From positions 1 to 40,535 of the IMG/VR virus record IMGVR_UViG_3300032218_002385: a stretch of DNA of 40,535 bases; one strand, given 5' to 3'. The notes below the pieces were generated by a model. That model searched no databases and was not told the DNA's origin. It saw nothing but the letters and a program-made list of their open reading frames with translations. The stretch is from a virus (taxonomy: Duplodnaviria > Caudoviricetes). Below are positions 20,001 through 25,942 of the stretch, one piece after another (positions within the stretch are counted from its first letter, which is position 1; every line of letters starts with the position of its first letter). Position numbers and translations under genes: made by a program.

Positions 20001-22044
20001 TGTTGACTGGATTTTTTCCTTGCGTACCAAAGTTATATAAGTTAAGATTAGCGCGGAATTCAATAATAGGTCGTTTAGCCCGGAATTCATTATTGAGAGA
20101 TAAAATCTGATTATTGTATACCGCAGTGGCACGAATTACATCAATGTGGAACCAACGATTACTGCGTGTCCAAGCATTGCGATCATTGCTAGCACGATTA
20201 ATAGTAATGTAGTCCTGAATTTCCGGTGCATTTAAAATAGCATCATACGGTGAAGAATCGTAACTGGTGCTGTCGTAGGGAATACTACTGCTGAGAGTAT
20301 AAGTTTCCGGAGTAACAAATTCAGTTACCGGAATAAGTTTGATACCGTTGCCTCCAATGGCACCTATAACTGGTGTGTTAGGAAATGGTGCTCCATCTGG
20401 GCCGCCGGCCCCGGTGTTTAATATACTTTCTTCAATGGTATCGTAGATATACTGTTGAAATGTTGTTACGTCTGACAGACCTGTTATCTTCTGACCGTCA
20501 ACAATATGGAATGCACCAAAATATGCTTCGCCGTCAACAAATCCAACTCTTGCTGCAATGCCAGGTCCTGTTCCAACTCCCTCAACGTAGTATTCAAGAT
20601 TTTGAAACTGCGGAGGTTCAACAATTCCACGGAATTGAACTTTTAGTCCATTGGTTAATATTACACCGTTTGGGCTAGTATAATTTTTTGCGCCAATAAT
20701 TTCGTTGGCATCGATGATTAATTCATCACCAGGATTGACTAATTTAATTTGACCAAATATGGAAGGGTTCACGCTGTCTTGATACCATAGCGTATCTAAC
20801 ACAGCAGTTAATAAAGGAATCTGCTCAAAATACCCAGATGCATCTTTATACCACTGAGTACTGGCATTTTGTGTACCAAACTTAATGGTAAATTTACTAA
20901 GGTTAGGTACTTGTATAATACTGGTTAATCGCATGTAAGGATTGCCGGCTTCGTCATTGATATATTGTATTTGCCATACGCTATATCTTTGTGCCTGGCT
21001 ATCGATGTTGGTAGTCTGATCAAAAGCTGTAGTATCAAAGCTACCTGCGAGTCCGTTATTATCGTCGTCTCGCAACAATGGATCAAATTGAGTTGTTACT
21101 TGCCATCCGCCGTCTTCTGAATCAGCAACAGTATTAGTAAATATTACAGTGCGATTTTGTAAGTTTGTAATACCGTCAATACCACCTGGGTACTGAGATA
21201 AAAATTCACTTACGTATACGTTATTAAGTTGATTAAACTTCAATCCTGTAATTAGGTCAACTGTGCCATTTTGATACCCAGCCGGCATTGGTAAAATATC
21301 TAAGGTGTAGTAGAAATCCTGTGCAGTATTCAGCGGCACGTTAAATGTTACTACGCCTTGATCTTCACCGTTGTTTTCTACTCCTAGTACGTCTCTGCTG
21401 CTGACATTGGGAGTAGCAGGCATACTGCCGCTAACACCTGGCGCAGCTTGTATCCAAAAATTATATCCGGGTTGATTTACTACAAATTCATAGTTGCCAC
21501 CACGCATTAATGTGATAACAGGATTGTTTCCTGCTAAGTCACTGAAGTTATACGCATCGGTAACACGAGTAACGTCCCATGAATCAGTTGTTGGAACATC
21601 TGTTCCTGCAATATCAACCGAATCTGGTCCAGCTGCAAGCCAATAATATTGGCTGTAGTTAGTAAACTTGTCAAGGTCGCAAAACGGATCCCATGAATAA
21701 TATTCACTCTCAAACAAGCGATCTTGCTTCTGAGTGTTGGCACCCTTAAGAGCAAGTGCATCAATTATGCCAGGATATGTTATAGCATCTTCTGCTGTGT
21801 TAGTGTCAGGTTTTAAAAATATTACGCCGGGTTCTAATTGATAATCTGCACGTACAGCAGTGGGCTCAACTATGTAATGATCAGCAGGGTTAACCTCGGG
21901 ACCAACTCTACTTCCTACGTATCCCTGTGTACGTTTAAAATTAGGCTCTTGGGTCAGTTGATCCAATGTTGCACTTAAAAATTGCTTGTTTGTATCAGTG
22001 CGGAAAATCTCAGGTAATAGATCTACGGTGCGACGTGTAGCCAT
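8080..22044 (-). CDS. Giant (4654 aa) baseplate wedge-associated structural protein, gp7-like, with beta-propeller, Ig-like and carbohydrate-binding-like modules
   Basis: Uninterrupted 14-kb ORF coupled (TAATG) to gp6. The N-terminal LLPEIF and a late VKPYH motif recall gp7/P2 gpI wedge proteins. It has seven FG-GAP-like repeats, repeated G(N/D)GxTTxF...V.V...DY...F..AP modules and two CBM5/12-like W-x5-Y-x2-G-x2-V motifs. Confidence 0.75.
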   Translation of the reverse strand: MATRRTVDLLPEIFRTDTNKQFLSATLDQLTQEPNFKRTQGYVGSRVGPEVNPADHYIVEPTAVRADYQLEPGVIFLKPDTNTAEDAITYPGIIDALALKGANTQKQDRLFESEYYSWDPFCDLDKFTNYSQYYWLAAGPDSVDIAGTDVPTTDSWDVTRVTDAYNFSDLAGNNPVITLMRGGNYEFVVNQPGYNFWIQAAPGVSGSMPATPNVSSRDVLGVENNGEDQGVVTFNVPLNTAQDFYYTLDILPMPAGYQNGTVDLITGLKFNQLNNVYVSEFLSQYPGGIDGITNLQNRTVIFTNTVADSEDGGWQVTTQFDPLLRDDDNNGLAGSFDTTAFDQTTNIDSQAQRYSVWQIQYINDEAGNPYMRLTSIIQVPNLSKFTIKFGTQNASTQWYKDASGYFEQIPLLTAVLDTLWYQDSVNPSIFGQIKLVNPGDELIIDANEIIGAKNYTSPNGVILTNGLKVQFRGIVEPPQFQNLEYYVEGVGTGPGIAARVGFVDGEAYFGAFHIVDGQKITGLSDVTTFQQYIYDTIEESILNTGAGGPDGAPFPNTPVIGAIGGNGIKLIPVTEFVTPETYTLSSSIPYDSTSYDSSPYDAILNAPEIQDYITINRASNDRNAWTRSNRWFHIDVIRATAVYNNQILSLNNEFRAKRPIIEFRANLNLYNFGTQGKNPVNIIDFNATDAFSDINGQLGYSIDGYTFINGSRVIFAADLDPQVRNKIYEVQFIDPDNSGTLIIDLIPTEDSAILVDQTVVCLSGIIQQGKSYWFNGSSWTLAQQKTQVNQPPLFDVVDNSGVSFSDRLKYVSTNFTGSKLFGYALGSTDITDSILGFPLKFLNINNVGDIVFENYLYTDTFIYVQDNVSYTEQISNGFVQQYIDRISFSNLIGWQPAAEENRSRQTFRFTYEGAPLIIDVPVDTNTVFAPLQIFQDSVFIDPTGYVYEIVNNTTVITLLESTVNPILIGTIVEVQAISNFASTTGFYEIPLNLENNPLNENSNTFTLGTIRTHYETIGQNLRTIQGPIVGANNTRDLGDILRYGDLIIQNSAPLTLTGIFLREKQFELFNAIEFNSKEYAKYKAFMLDLVTNGDFEHLAANQILDTVLQEISLGRSNISPFYWSDMIPSGETYTENTYTYSAISTPVFDTLQTYDFTASNYLGLLVYLNGVLLTVNYDYTVAVDQPNLTITVPLSIGDVITIREYPETYGSYVPNTPTKMGLYPSYLPAIYLDSSYITPKTVIRGHDGSITLAFNDIRDQVLLEFERRIFNNLKIVSPIPLVVTDVMPGQFRTTDYTLAQINNILSVDFLSWVGWNKLDYTEQYYRSADPFTYNYSQSSDRLTGESVSAGAWRGLYNYFYDTYTPNTTPWEMLGLMQKPSWWENEYGPAPYTSGNTVLWDDLAAGLIKDPVNPTINPRYIRPDLLTVLPVGSEGELLDPLAAVIGNYDATSFRRSWTFGDDGPVENVWRTSSAWPFAAMRLLALTKPAKFFSLFSDRDRYVYNQPLEQFLWDGRYRLNAGELTPLYGNGTSKASYLDWIVDYNCQLGINSTDNLTVTLNNIDVRLCWRVAGFTDKNYLKIYTERSTPGSTNAGLILPDESYSLLLYKDQPFEQVTYSSVIVQKVDTGWAVLGYSTQRPFFEILVSRTAGRNTVISAVETQIRVATEHTNNVVQVPYGYVFTTLASVCDFLVSYGALLQKQGFLFESRENGYILDWFQMCQEFIYWSQQGWAVGSIVNLNPAATRISISRPQAIVDSILTYSPDDIILNQNRQALPIGDLVIDRVDNLFRVSTLTNNTINFLNLRFTAYEHIVILDNRSIFADLIYDKITGSRQSRVLVSGWITNDWTGLVNAPGFVLNQDNIIEWSPNRKYAKGEIVLFKNEYWSSSTIIQPSQAFNYNLWIKSDYNQIQKGLLSNAANSSDQLAAAYSVYNANLEQEVNLFSYGLIGFRPRQYMQALNLDDVSQVNLYQQFLGTKGTLQSAELFSLANLGKETATYDINEYWAVLRSTYGATASQSFVDFRLNEALLHSDPCLVQVVMPQEQSSADQAILLENVWKSSLKLTSTDIFPTTTTLPTDIGLPSAGYVNFDDVDINVFDLETLQLVSPQLSSTAIGVGTTVWVAKINEYQWNVYRTSLVPGNITSVSNNLNNRALVQFTNPHGLSEGDILIIRFFDATVDGVYRVQYVSGITSLLIDFVFVGNQTTYTGLGVGFTLDSLRVAQPSDIVNLPYARPLFPGLKIWVDNNGAGLWEVLEKLEPFTDSIEIAPEITVENSQFGASISQGLQNLSALIGAPGYNTTGAVYTYVKTENDVYAQNSILELGTTGTVGYGNAIDMGNQAWVIAGASASMSNAGYAAVIYRNPASNAFQQWQLLLIEPAEAATPADEFGYSVTMSQDERWLYVGAPGGNRVYAYGRVDYQPQSVEYYATGSDTLFNYSDYITVDSGDQLVVVLENVVLTYGVDYTTSGVYVVFSTPPTSGLKITIARRSAELLLGNGVTTTFDLSNIYPATLSVGNDIGASISVYINDSLQRLKLDYDYAADSSHNLVFNTAPAAGTVISIRAETYYALVDTITVAGLASTDRFGHSITTTTNGRQLIVGCPVSTYTDPVTGEVSTQAGSVYVFDRSVQNFQIADTGVLSYTPELPLILPTQVELNGEFLLNQLGTIGGTYSVSSNTVTLDTTINIGDILTIETNQFNLVQTIYSDNPAANAKFGYVVDQCVNDCSLYVGAPFANTPAIQSGQVEFNLNQARVYGTISSTVANPVLTPGDFVRVNNYFVEVTGTTVEQLAADINAASIPNAQAAVTDNLEIIADGATTAFDVGTIYSAADSYTALVLVDNVVQTLGVNYTYNNTTQTVTFVVAPYAYSVITVVSGRLTISAKNIQSAQALNKVQVLPGTGTVFTDLSWPVYVHEQTIVAPVQQDFANFGRELFISENTTTLLVGAPNGSLIELTTFDVNAITKTSTTFDSSSTVFFDTILQSGVVYSYDFLPSVNASVVNPGQFAFGQQLYTNRGQTSAQFGAAIDYTTGTLLIGSPGTDFNDSQDNSGNAVSYQNINLKPAWQAIRQQQPVVDVSLLNTVYMYDRVAGNTKQYFDYFNPLQGRLLGVVAQNINFTGAIDPAEYNAGAVNNYGGAWRQSRVGQIWWDTSSVRFIDPNQDDITYASRRWGQVFPGSTIDVYQWVSSSVPPIQYTGPGVPFSNSRYSINSSLNEQGIVALEYYFWVSGINTVNTFAKKTLSTTVIAQYIESPRSSGISYVVPINSSTIAIYNGADYISAQDTILQVGYDQTLNDNAVHVEYQLVAQDRADGFLADVLYNKLQDSFCGSDVVGNPVPDPFLSISEQYGTQARPRQSMFVNRFLALKNYLSRANLILNQYPTTETRQFSLLNSEESEPSRSSGAWDFRVANNEELSYQDLATVPLGYKYLVVSNSSYNGLWTIYEVISDYAPGSKTLELVRVQNYDTKLYWNHINWFAPGYDPLTRVLTEVPVYSALETLFVPVNSVAKVTSNSQGKWELYQFSDTNSWVRVGLQDGTIEFSNKLWDYSVGRYGFDVEVFDAQFYDQEPVIETRKIIQAINQELFTGDLLIERNRSLILMFNYILSEQQAPNWLTKTSLIDVDHTIRQLVPYQIYRRDNQDFVLDYIQEVKPYHVQIREFNLIYDGFDQYNGTVNDFDLPAFYDNEQNLFVSPILDNSEPPVSTTSSLPSTSPIWQTLPWNQWFQNYLLEIESATVVDGGTGYTVPPDVIVTGDAIVNAVMTARVNTAGSVVAVDIIDPGVGYSTTPVITFVGGNGIGARAVPVTGNQLVRNILTTIKYDRYEYQSSIVAWEPNGSYDNGTLVRYDNRVWSANSDDSTSVDSPTFDTDQWTLVPAAELTGVDRTMGYYNPRVNEPGLDLALLISGVDYPGVQVSGPDFNQNTGFDVGNFDINPFDNIAYGPEGLPTYDPAILDTIYTSDFTDPYLGTLPSSINVDGGAFVDQYSSHAPEELVPGAIFDTLDMRVFTTPGADWEDNGHGFPESTRKYVYAPGLSSTMSFQGLLPYPITLAVYNFSSGVQLIPGTHYTTNWVAQTIQVTAGVFNGDIIGITVYALGGGSQQYTNSFNGADVGNRLVIPVQYSLINEIVVFVNGQLVTNFTFAQYGSFDTRISFSNTYVSTDLVTVTAMGFQTPQYSWSAPQTQYFVANGSLTFTLTNSLEGTNPANIIVEKNGIRARPSASVEYIDDGSSIQYYCPTHVGYSPAVVANNDVSLYIDNVPQVLGVDFVLDPWNGSSEARTITLSSMPDSGAKILISVRTAAQYYLSGNTLIWNNSGSLIPILGDIISVTTFNDTAEQDMLTQVFVGPMVEGVTIAQGYDTTDFDEALLSNTLGSFDYSTGSQIITNKFDTGRIITDPSRLTVTLDGFYLFNGNGYTVDGTFIIITGPAITAAQVVVITSFTQNVVPGEIAFRIFQDMRGLQSTYRITNDTSTTLTQDCSAVDNVIHVANAAALSEPNLPQGIFGLITINGERIAYRNRDTVANTISGLRRGTAGTGAADHVTGTDVYDIGIGNLLPAEYQNYTVNENFLANGSTTVFATEIVVTDATAVEVYVGGILQTSGYTVSAINPVVITFTTAPTENYQVTILVVKGKSWYTPGSGTASDGIPLQEQETLAARFIRGN

Positions 22045-25000
22045 TAGTAACTACTCCCAAATGAAGTGCCTTGGCTGATACTACTTGGATACAGACCCGA
22101 CACAGATGTTTGACTACGGATATTGCTTTGTGTTAGTGCTGTAATTACTTCTACATCGGCCACTGTAGCTGCACTTACAAAAATTTCGTTAGCAGCTGAT
22201 CTGATTTCATACAAATCACCAAACGATTTAAGAGGATTCAAAGGAACTAGCACAACAGAACTTACAATTGATCCTAAATTCTGATGTAGGTATGCCGACA
22301 GCTCTGAGAAGAAAAAGCTGTCGCCAAAATTCCATTTGTCAATTGTAAAATACGTATTGACATACTGGATCACTAAACTTTTTATTTCACTTATACTGGC
22401 AGTAGTATTTTGTGCTTGCACCACTTTGATAGTGGCACGTAATTCTGGTGCTGCTTTTGCACCAAATAATGGTTTAAACACTACGCTATTAAGTACTAAA
22501 TTATCTGATATCATTTTGTAATCGTTTAATGCTGCATATGCTGTATTGAGTTCGTCAATTGTTGGTTGCGCTGGCTCAGGCACAGTTCCTGTAGTATCTT
22601 TAACATAGTTTTGATATGCAGTATAATATTCTTGTGTGACCACATAGGTATCAATAATATTAACTACTCCAGGATCTATTAGATTAGTCAATGGACTGTT
22701 ATGTCTGTATTGGAAATACAGGCTCTGACGACCAACTCGGCTGACAAAGTCTGTGCGAGTAATAAGATTTCTTAGTATCACTCCATTGGTTAATTCTACA
22801 ACCAATTCAAAAAATGCATCTTGTTGATAGGCATAAAAAATTTGCCCGTTAACAAATTCGCTTTTAACTAATTCTATTGCATCACTAGTGGCATAAGATG
22901 AGTTGACTACACCAGCTGCCACAGGAAGATAATTTTCAGTATTGTTAAAATCAGTAGTAAGCTGCAAGAATACATATTTTGTATTAGGGTCAACTGCAGG
23001 TGCTACAACTTCATCAAAGAAATCTGGATTGTCTGCCACACCGTCGGAGTCACTGTCGCGGTAGCTGACAACTACTTGATAATCGTTTACATAACCGTCG
23101 CTCTGCACAGGCTGAGCAATAATATCCATAGTTACATCTGTGGATAATGGAAAGTTTGAATCTGGTCTAGAATTGGTTTTAAGTACTTTAATAAAATCGT
23201 TAATAACTGACCCAGTGCGGCTGTCATAAACTTTTCCACTGCCATCAAAAAAGAATCTTGTTTCTATTACACTGGCAAAAATGTAATCCAACCCACGTGA
23301 TGTAACTGTGTACGAACCAGTGGTTTGAATAACGTGGAACTGTATCAACCATGAAGCGTCAAGACCTAAACCTTGTGTATTTTGTGCATACTGCAGACTA
23401 AATGATGCATCCTGTGCCAGATTGGTACTGGTAATCAGATACCAAGTACTGGTAAGATTATTATATCCTAATCCAAAGTTTCTAACCAGCTCAACTTGCT
23501 GCAATATTGATTGCTCTAACGCAGCCGGCAAGGTATTATTAAACTTAGGTATTACCTGTTGTGCAATAGCACCAGTTGGCACAAAGTTGTTAACTATAAC
23601 AGGACCTACACCGGTAGGTAAATTGCCCAGCCCAGAATTAGTGCCGTCTAAAATTACACCTCTGATAGTGGCCCATATTTCTAATTTTTCATCTGCACGC
23701 ACTGGTGTACCAGCTTTGAGTTGATTATTAGCATCAAAAAAGTAACCTGCTGGCGGAATAAACTTTATCAATGATCCTTGTGTAATATACTTGGCATTGT
23801 TACTGGCATAAGATCCAATCGACTGCGGGGCGTTATTAGATGTATTATAAAAATATCCAGATGTTTCATTGACCACGGTGGTGCTTTGACGCCAAGCCAA
23901 ATTTATTACCAATAAATTAGGACGAGGATAGTTTGCATAATAAAACTGAGTCATGCCTCGTGAACTTAATGTGGGTTCAACTGAATTTGCAAGCACGTCT
24001 ACAATATCATTAGTGCTTGCCCAATCAAAATTAAATGTAGGCAAAACATTTTCTTCGTAAAACATGCCGTCGGCTGCAAAAATATTTGTAGAACTATATT
24101 TTCCAGTAGGATCATTTAAATCAATATATCGCGTGGTACCTACGCTGGAACGCACAATTGATTTACTTTTAATAATGCTGTTGTATCTGGTAAACGGAAA
24201 AAGATTGTAATCTTCTCCATTGACCATACGATTCTGTGTATAGTAACGTGCCGGTGCACGTTGTTTAATTTCTTCTATTGTTTCGCGAGGTTGTGCATTA
24301 CTGACAGGATTTGTAATACCACATGTGAATGTAATAGTTTCTAAACGACCAAATCTGCTGATGTAGCTGATGGGAATTTGTACCGACTGCATCTCTTCTG
24401 GATTAATAATATAGCGTAATCCGTTGCTGGCACGTACATAGTTACGGAAGAATCCAACTGGGGTTTCTGCAAATACACCATCGCCAAATGTTAGTGTAAT
24501 TTGATCATTGGCTCGGCTGGCAATAGAATAAATTTTACGTTGATTTGGTGCTAGTTGTTCAACCGCAGCGGCATAGATGCTTTCTGCATATTTCCATTCG
24601 CTGGCAATAGTTCCCACATTAGTAAGCTCGTACAACCAATAATCTTGATTGTTGATGCCGTCAATATTGATATTGACTGCTCGATTGGGAATAGCTTCTG
24701 CTAAATTAAAATCTTGATTTTGTAAAGTGCCTTGCTTGAACAAAAAGAAAAAGCCAGTGTTGCCTGATCCAAAACCCAGTTGGTCATTGCGGTACAGCAC
24801 GTTAAATGCACCACTGGGCTGTGGTGCCAGTTCGTAAATGTAGTCTCGACCGCTGCTGGAGCCGCTGACAATTTCAAACGGCATATTAACACCATCAACT
24901 ACAGATGAGTAAGGAATAATAGGCAAGAAACCTGGTACTAAATTGATAGTGTACTCGTCTGTGCGTATGCCTTGTAACACAGCATTATTGCCAGGACGGC

Positions 25001-25511
25001 CAAATTTTTGACTGTCGATCAAGCTGGCATTAACAATGTAAGTAAACTGTTCTAACCAGTTTGGGTTAGTGGGATCGTTCCAGTTAACAGTTACGTTTGA
25101 TAAATTAACACCGTTGAAATCTGTAATGCTTTCTGTGGTCTGAACAGAATTTACTTTGATATAACCTTGTGCAGCTTGATTGCGCTTGGGTGTATAGCTG
25201 ACTAAATTAGCAAGACGCACAACTGAATCACGTCGTTCTGCTGTATCTAAGAAGTTTTCTCTGGCATTTAAGTCGTTACGAAAGGCCAAGGCTTGACCCA
25301 TAAAGGCCATAACATCAAGGATAGCAATAAATTCTGACGATTCAATGTAGTCATTGAATGTTTCGGGATAGTATAAACGTAGATAGTCTACAAAACTCTT
25401 ACGTAAAGTTTCAAAGTCGTAGCTTTGGAAGTTGGCTTCTCTGTATGTTTGATACAGACGTTTCCAATCTTCTACTCCAAATATTGCTGTTTGTCGTGCA
25501 GTTTGTGCCAT
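22044..25511 (-). CDS. gp6: Baseplate wedge subunit (T4 gp6-like)
   Basis: Contains YDFETLRKSFVDYL...FNDYIESSEFIAILDVMAF...ENFLDTAERRDSVVRLANLVSYTPKR, FGDGVF and ETIEEIKQRAPARYYTQNRMVNGEDY. It follows gp25. Confidence 0.9.
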   Translation of the reverse strand: MAQTARQTAIFGVEDWKRLYQTYREANFQSYDFETLRKSFVDYLRLYYPETFNDYIESSEFIAILDVMAFMGQALAFRNDLNARENFLDTAERRDSVVRLANLVSYTPKRNQAAQGYIKVNSVQTTESITDFNGVNLSNVTVNWNDPTNPNWLEQFTYIVNASLIDSQKFGRPGNNAVLQGIRTDEYTINLVPGFLPIIPYSSVVDGVNMPFEIVSGSSSGRDYIYELAPQPSGAFNVLYRNDQLGFGSGNTGFFFLFKQGTLQNQDFNLAEAIPNRAVNINIDGINNQDYWLYELTNVGTIASEWKYAESIYAAAVEQLAPNQRKIYSIASRANDQITLTFGDGVFAETPVGFFRNYVRASNGLRYIINPEEMQSVQIPISYISRFGRLETITFTCGITNPVSNAQPRETIEEIKQRAPARYYTQNRMVNGEDYNLFPFTRYNSIIKSKSIVRSSVGTTRYIDLNDPTGKYSSTNIFAADGMFYEENVLPTFNFDWASTNDIVDVLANSVEPTLSSRGMTQFYYANYPRPNLLVINLAWRQSTTVVNETSGYFYNTSNNAPQSIGSYASNNAKYITQGSLIKFIPPAGYFFDANNQLKAGTPVRADEKLEIWATIRGVILDGTNSGLGNLPTGVGPVIVNNFVPTGAIAQQVIPKFNNTLPAALEQSILQQVELVRNFGLGYNNLTSTWYLITSTNLAQDASFSLQYAQNTQGLGLDASWLIQFHVIQTTGSYTVTSRGLDYIFASVIETRFFFDGSGKVYDSRTGSVINDFIKVLKTNSRPDSNFPLSTDVTMDIIAQPVQSDGYVNDYQVVVSYRDSDSDGVADNPDFFDEVVAPAVDPNTKYVFLQLTTDFNNTENYLPVAAGVVNSSYATSDAIELVKSEFVNGQIFYAYQQDAFFELVVELTNGVILRNLITRTDFVSRVGRQSLYFQYRHNSPLTNLIDPGVVNIIDTYVVTQEYYTAYQNYVKDTTGTVPEPAQPTIDELNTAYAALNDYKMISDNLVLNSVVFKPLFGAKAAPELRATIKVVQAQNTTASISEIKSLVIQYVNTYFTIDKWNFGDSFFFSELSAYLHQNLGSIVSSVVLVPLNPLKSFGDLYEIRSAANEIFVSAATVADVEVITALTQSNIRSQTSVSGLYPSSISQGTSFGSSY

Positions 25512-25530
25512 ATCATCTCGTCTATAAGAG

Positions 25531-25553
25531 TATTTATTACAGTTAAAAACGGC
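25531..25553 (-). promoter_or_regulatory. Late promoter GCCGTTTTT-N7-ATAAATA upstream of gp6
   Basis: ATAAATA core plus a 9-nt upstream element, identical in sequence and spacing to the one at 33882-33904. Confidence 0.7.
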
Positions 25554-25559
25554 GCAGTT

Positions 25560-25934
25560 TTAGATAAAACTGGCTCGACGAGATTCCACATCAAAAAATA
25601 ATGCCAGGCTCTCCGAAGTGTAGCTGCCTACCAATTGTACATCCAATTCTACTCGTAGACCGTTATTTTGCGGATATAGGACCAGGCTAGTAATGAACAG
25701 ACGAGGATCTCCACCAACTACACGTTGTAGTTCTGCACGTATATTTTCTTGTGTGTCCGGAGATTGATTTTCAAATAAGAAACTCCAGATTATTGTACCG
25801 TAACCAGGGCGGCCAGGCAACTCGCCTTGCTGTATATTAAGTGCATTTGATAGGTCTCGTTTGACCAGTTCAAAGTCTGTCAAGGTAAACTTCTTGAACT
25901 GATCGATAGTATTGAATCCAATGAATGTAGCCAT
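25560..25934 (-). CDS. gp25: Baseplate wedge subunit / sheath initiator (gp25/gpW family)
   Basis: LTDFELVKRDLSNALNIQQGELPGRPGYGTIIWSFLFE...DPRL gives the GE-x3-P-x-(F/Y)G-x6-LFE signature. It lies between the gp5- and gp6-like genes. Confidence 0.9.
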   Translation of the reverse strand: MATFIGFNTIDQFKKFTLTDFELVKRDLSNALNIQQGELPGRPGYGTIIWSFLFENQSPDTQENIRAELQRVVGGDPRLFITSLVLYPQNNGLRVELDVQLVGSYTSESLALFFDVESRRASFI

Positions 25935-25942
25935 GCTAATAC

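Noticed and set aside
8080-22044. Inteins or introns explaining the giant ORF
   Set aside because: No intein splice-junction or LAGLIDADG motifs were recognised. The length is explained by repeated structural modules.
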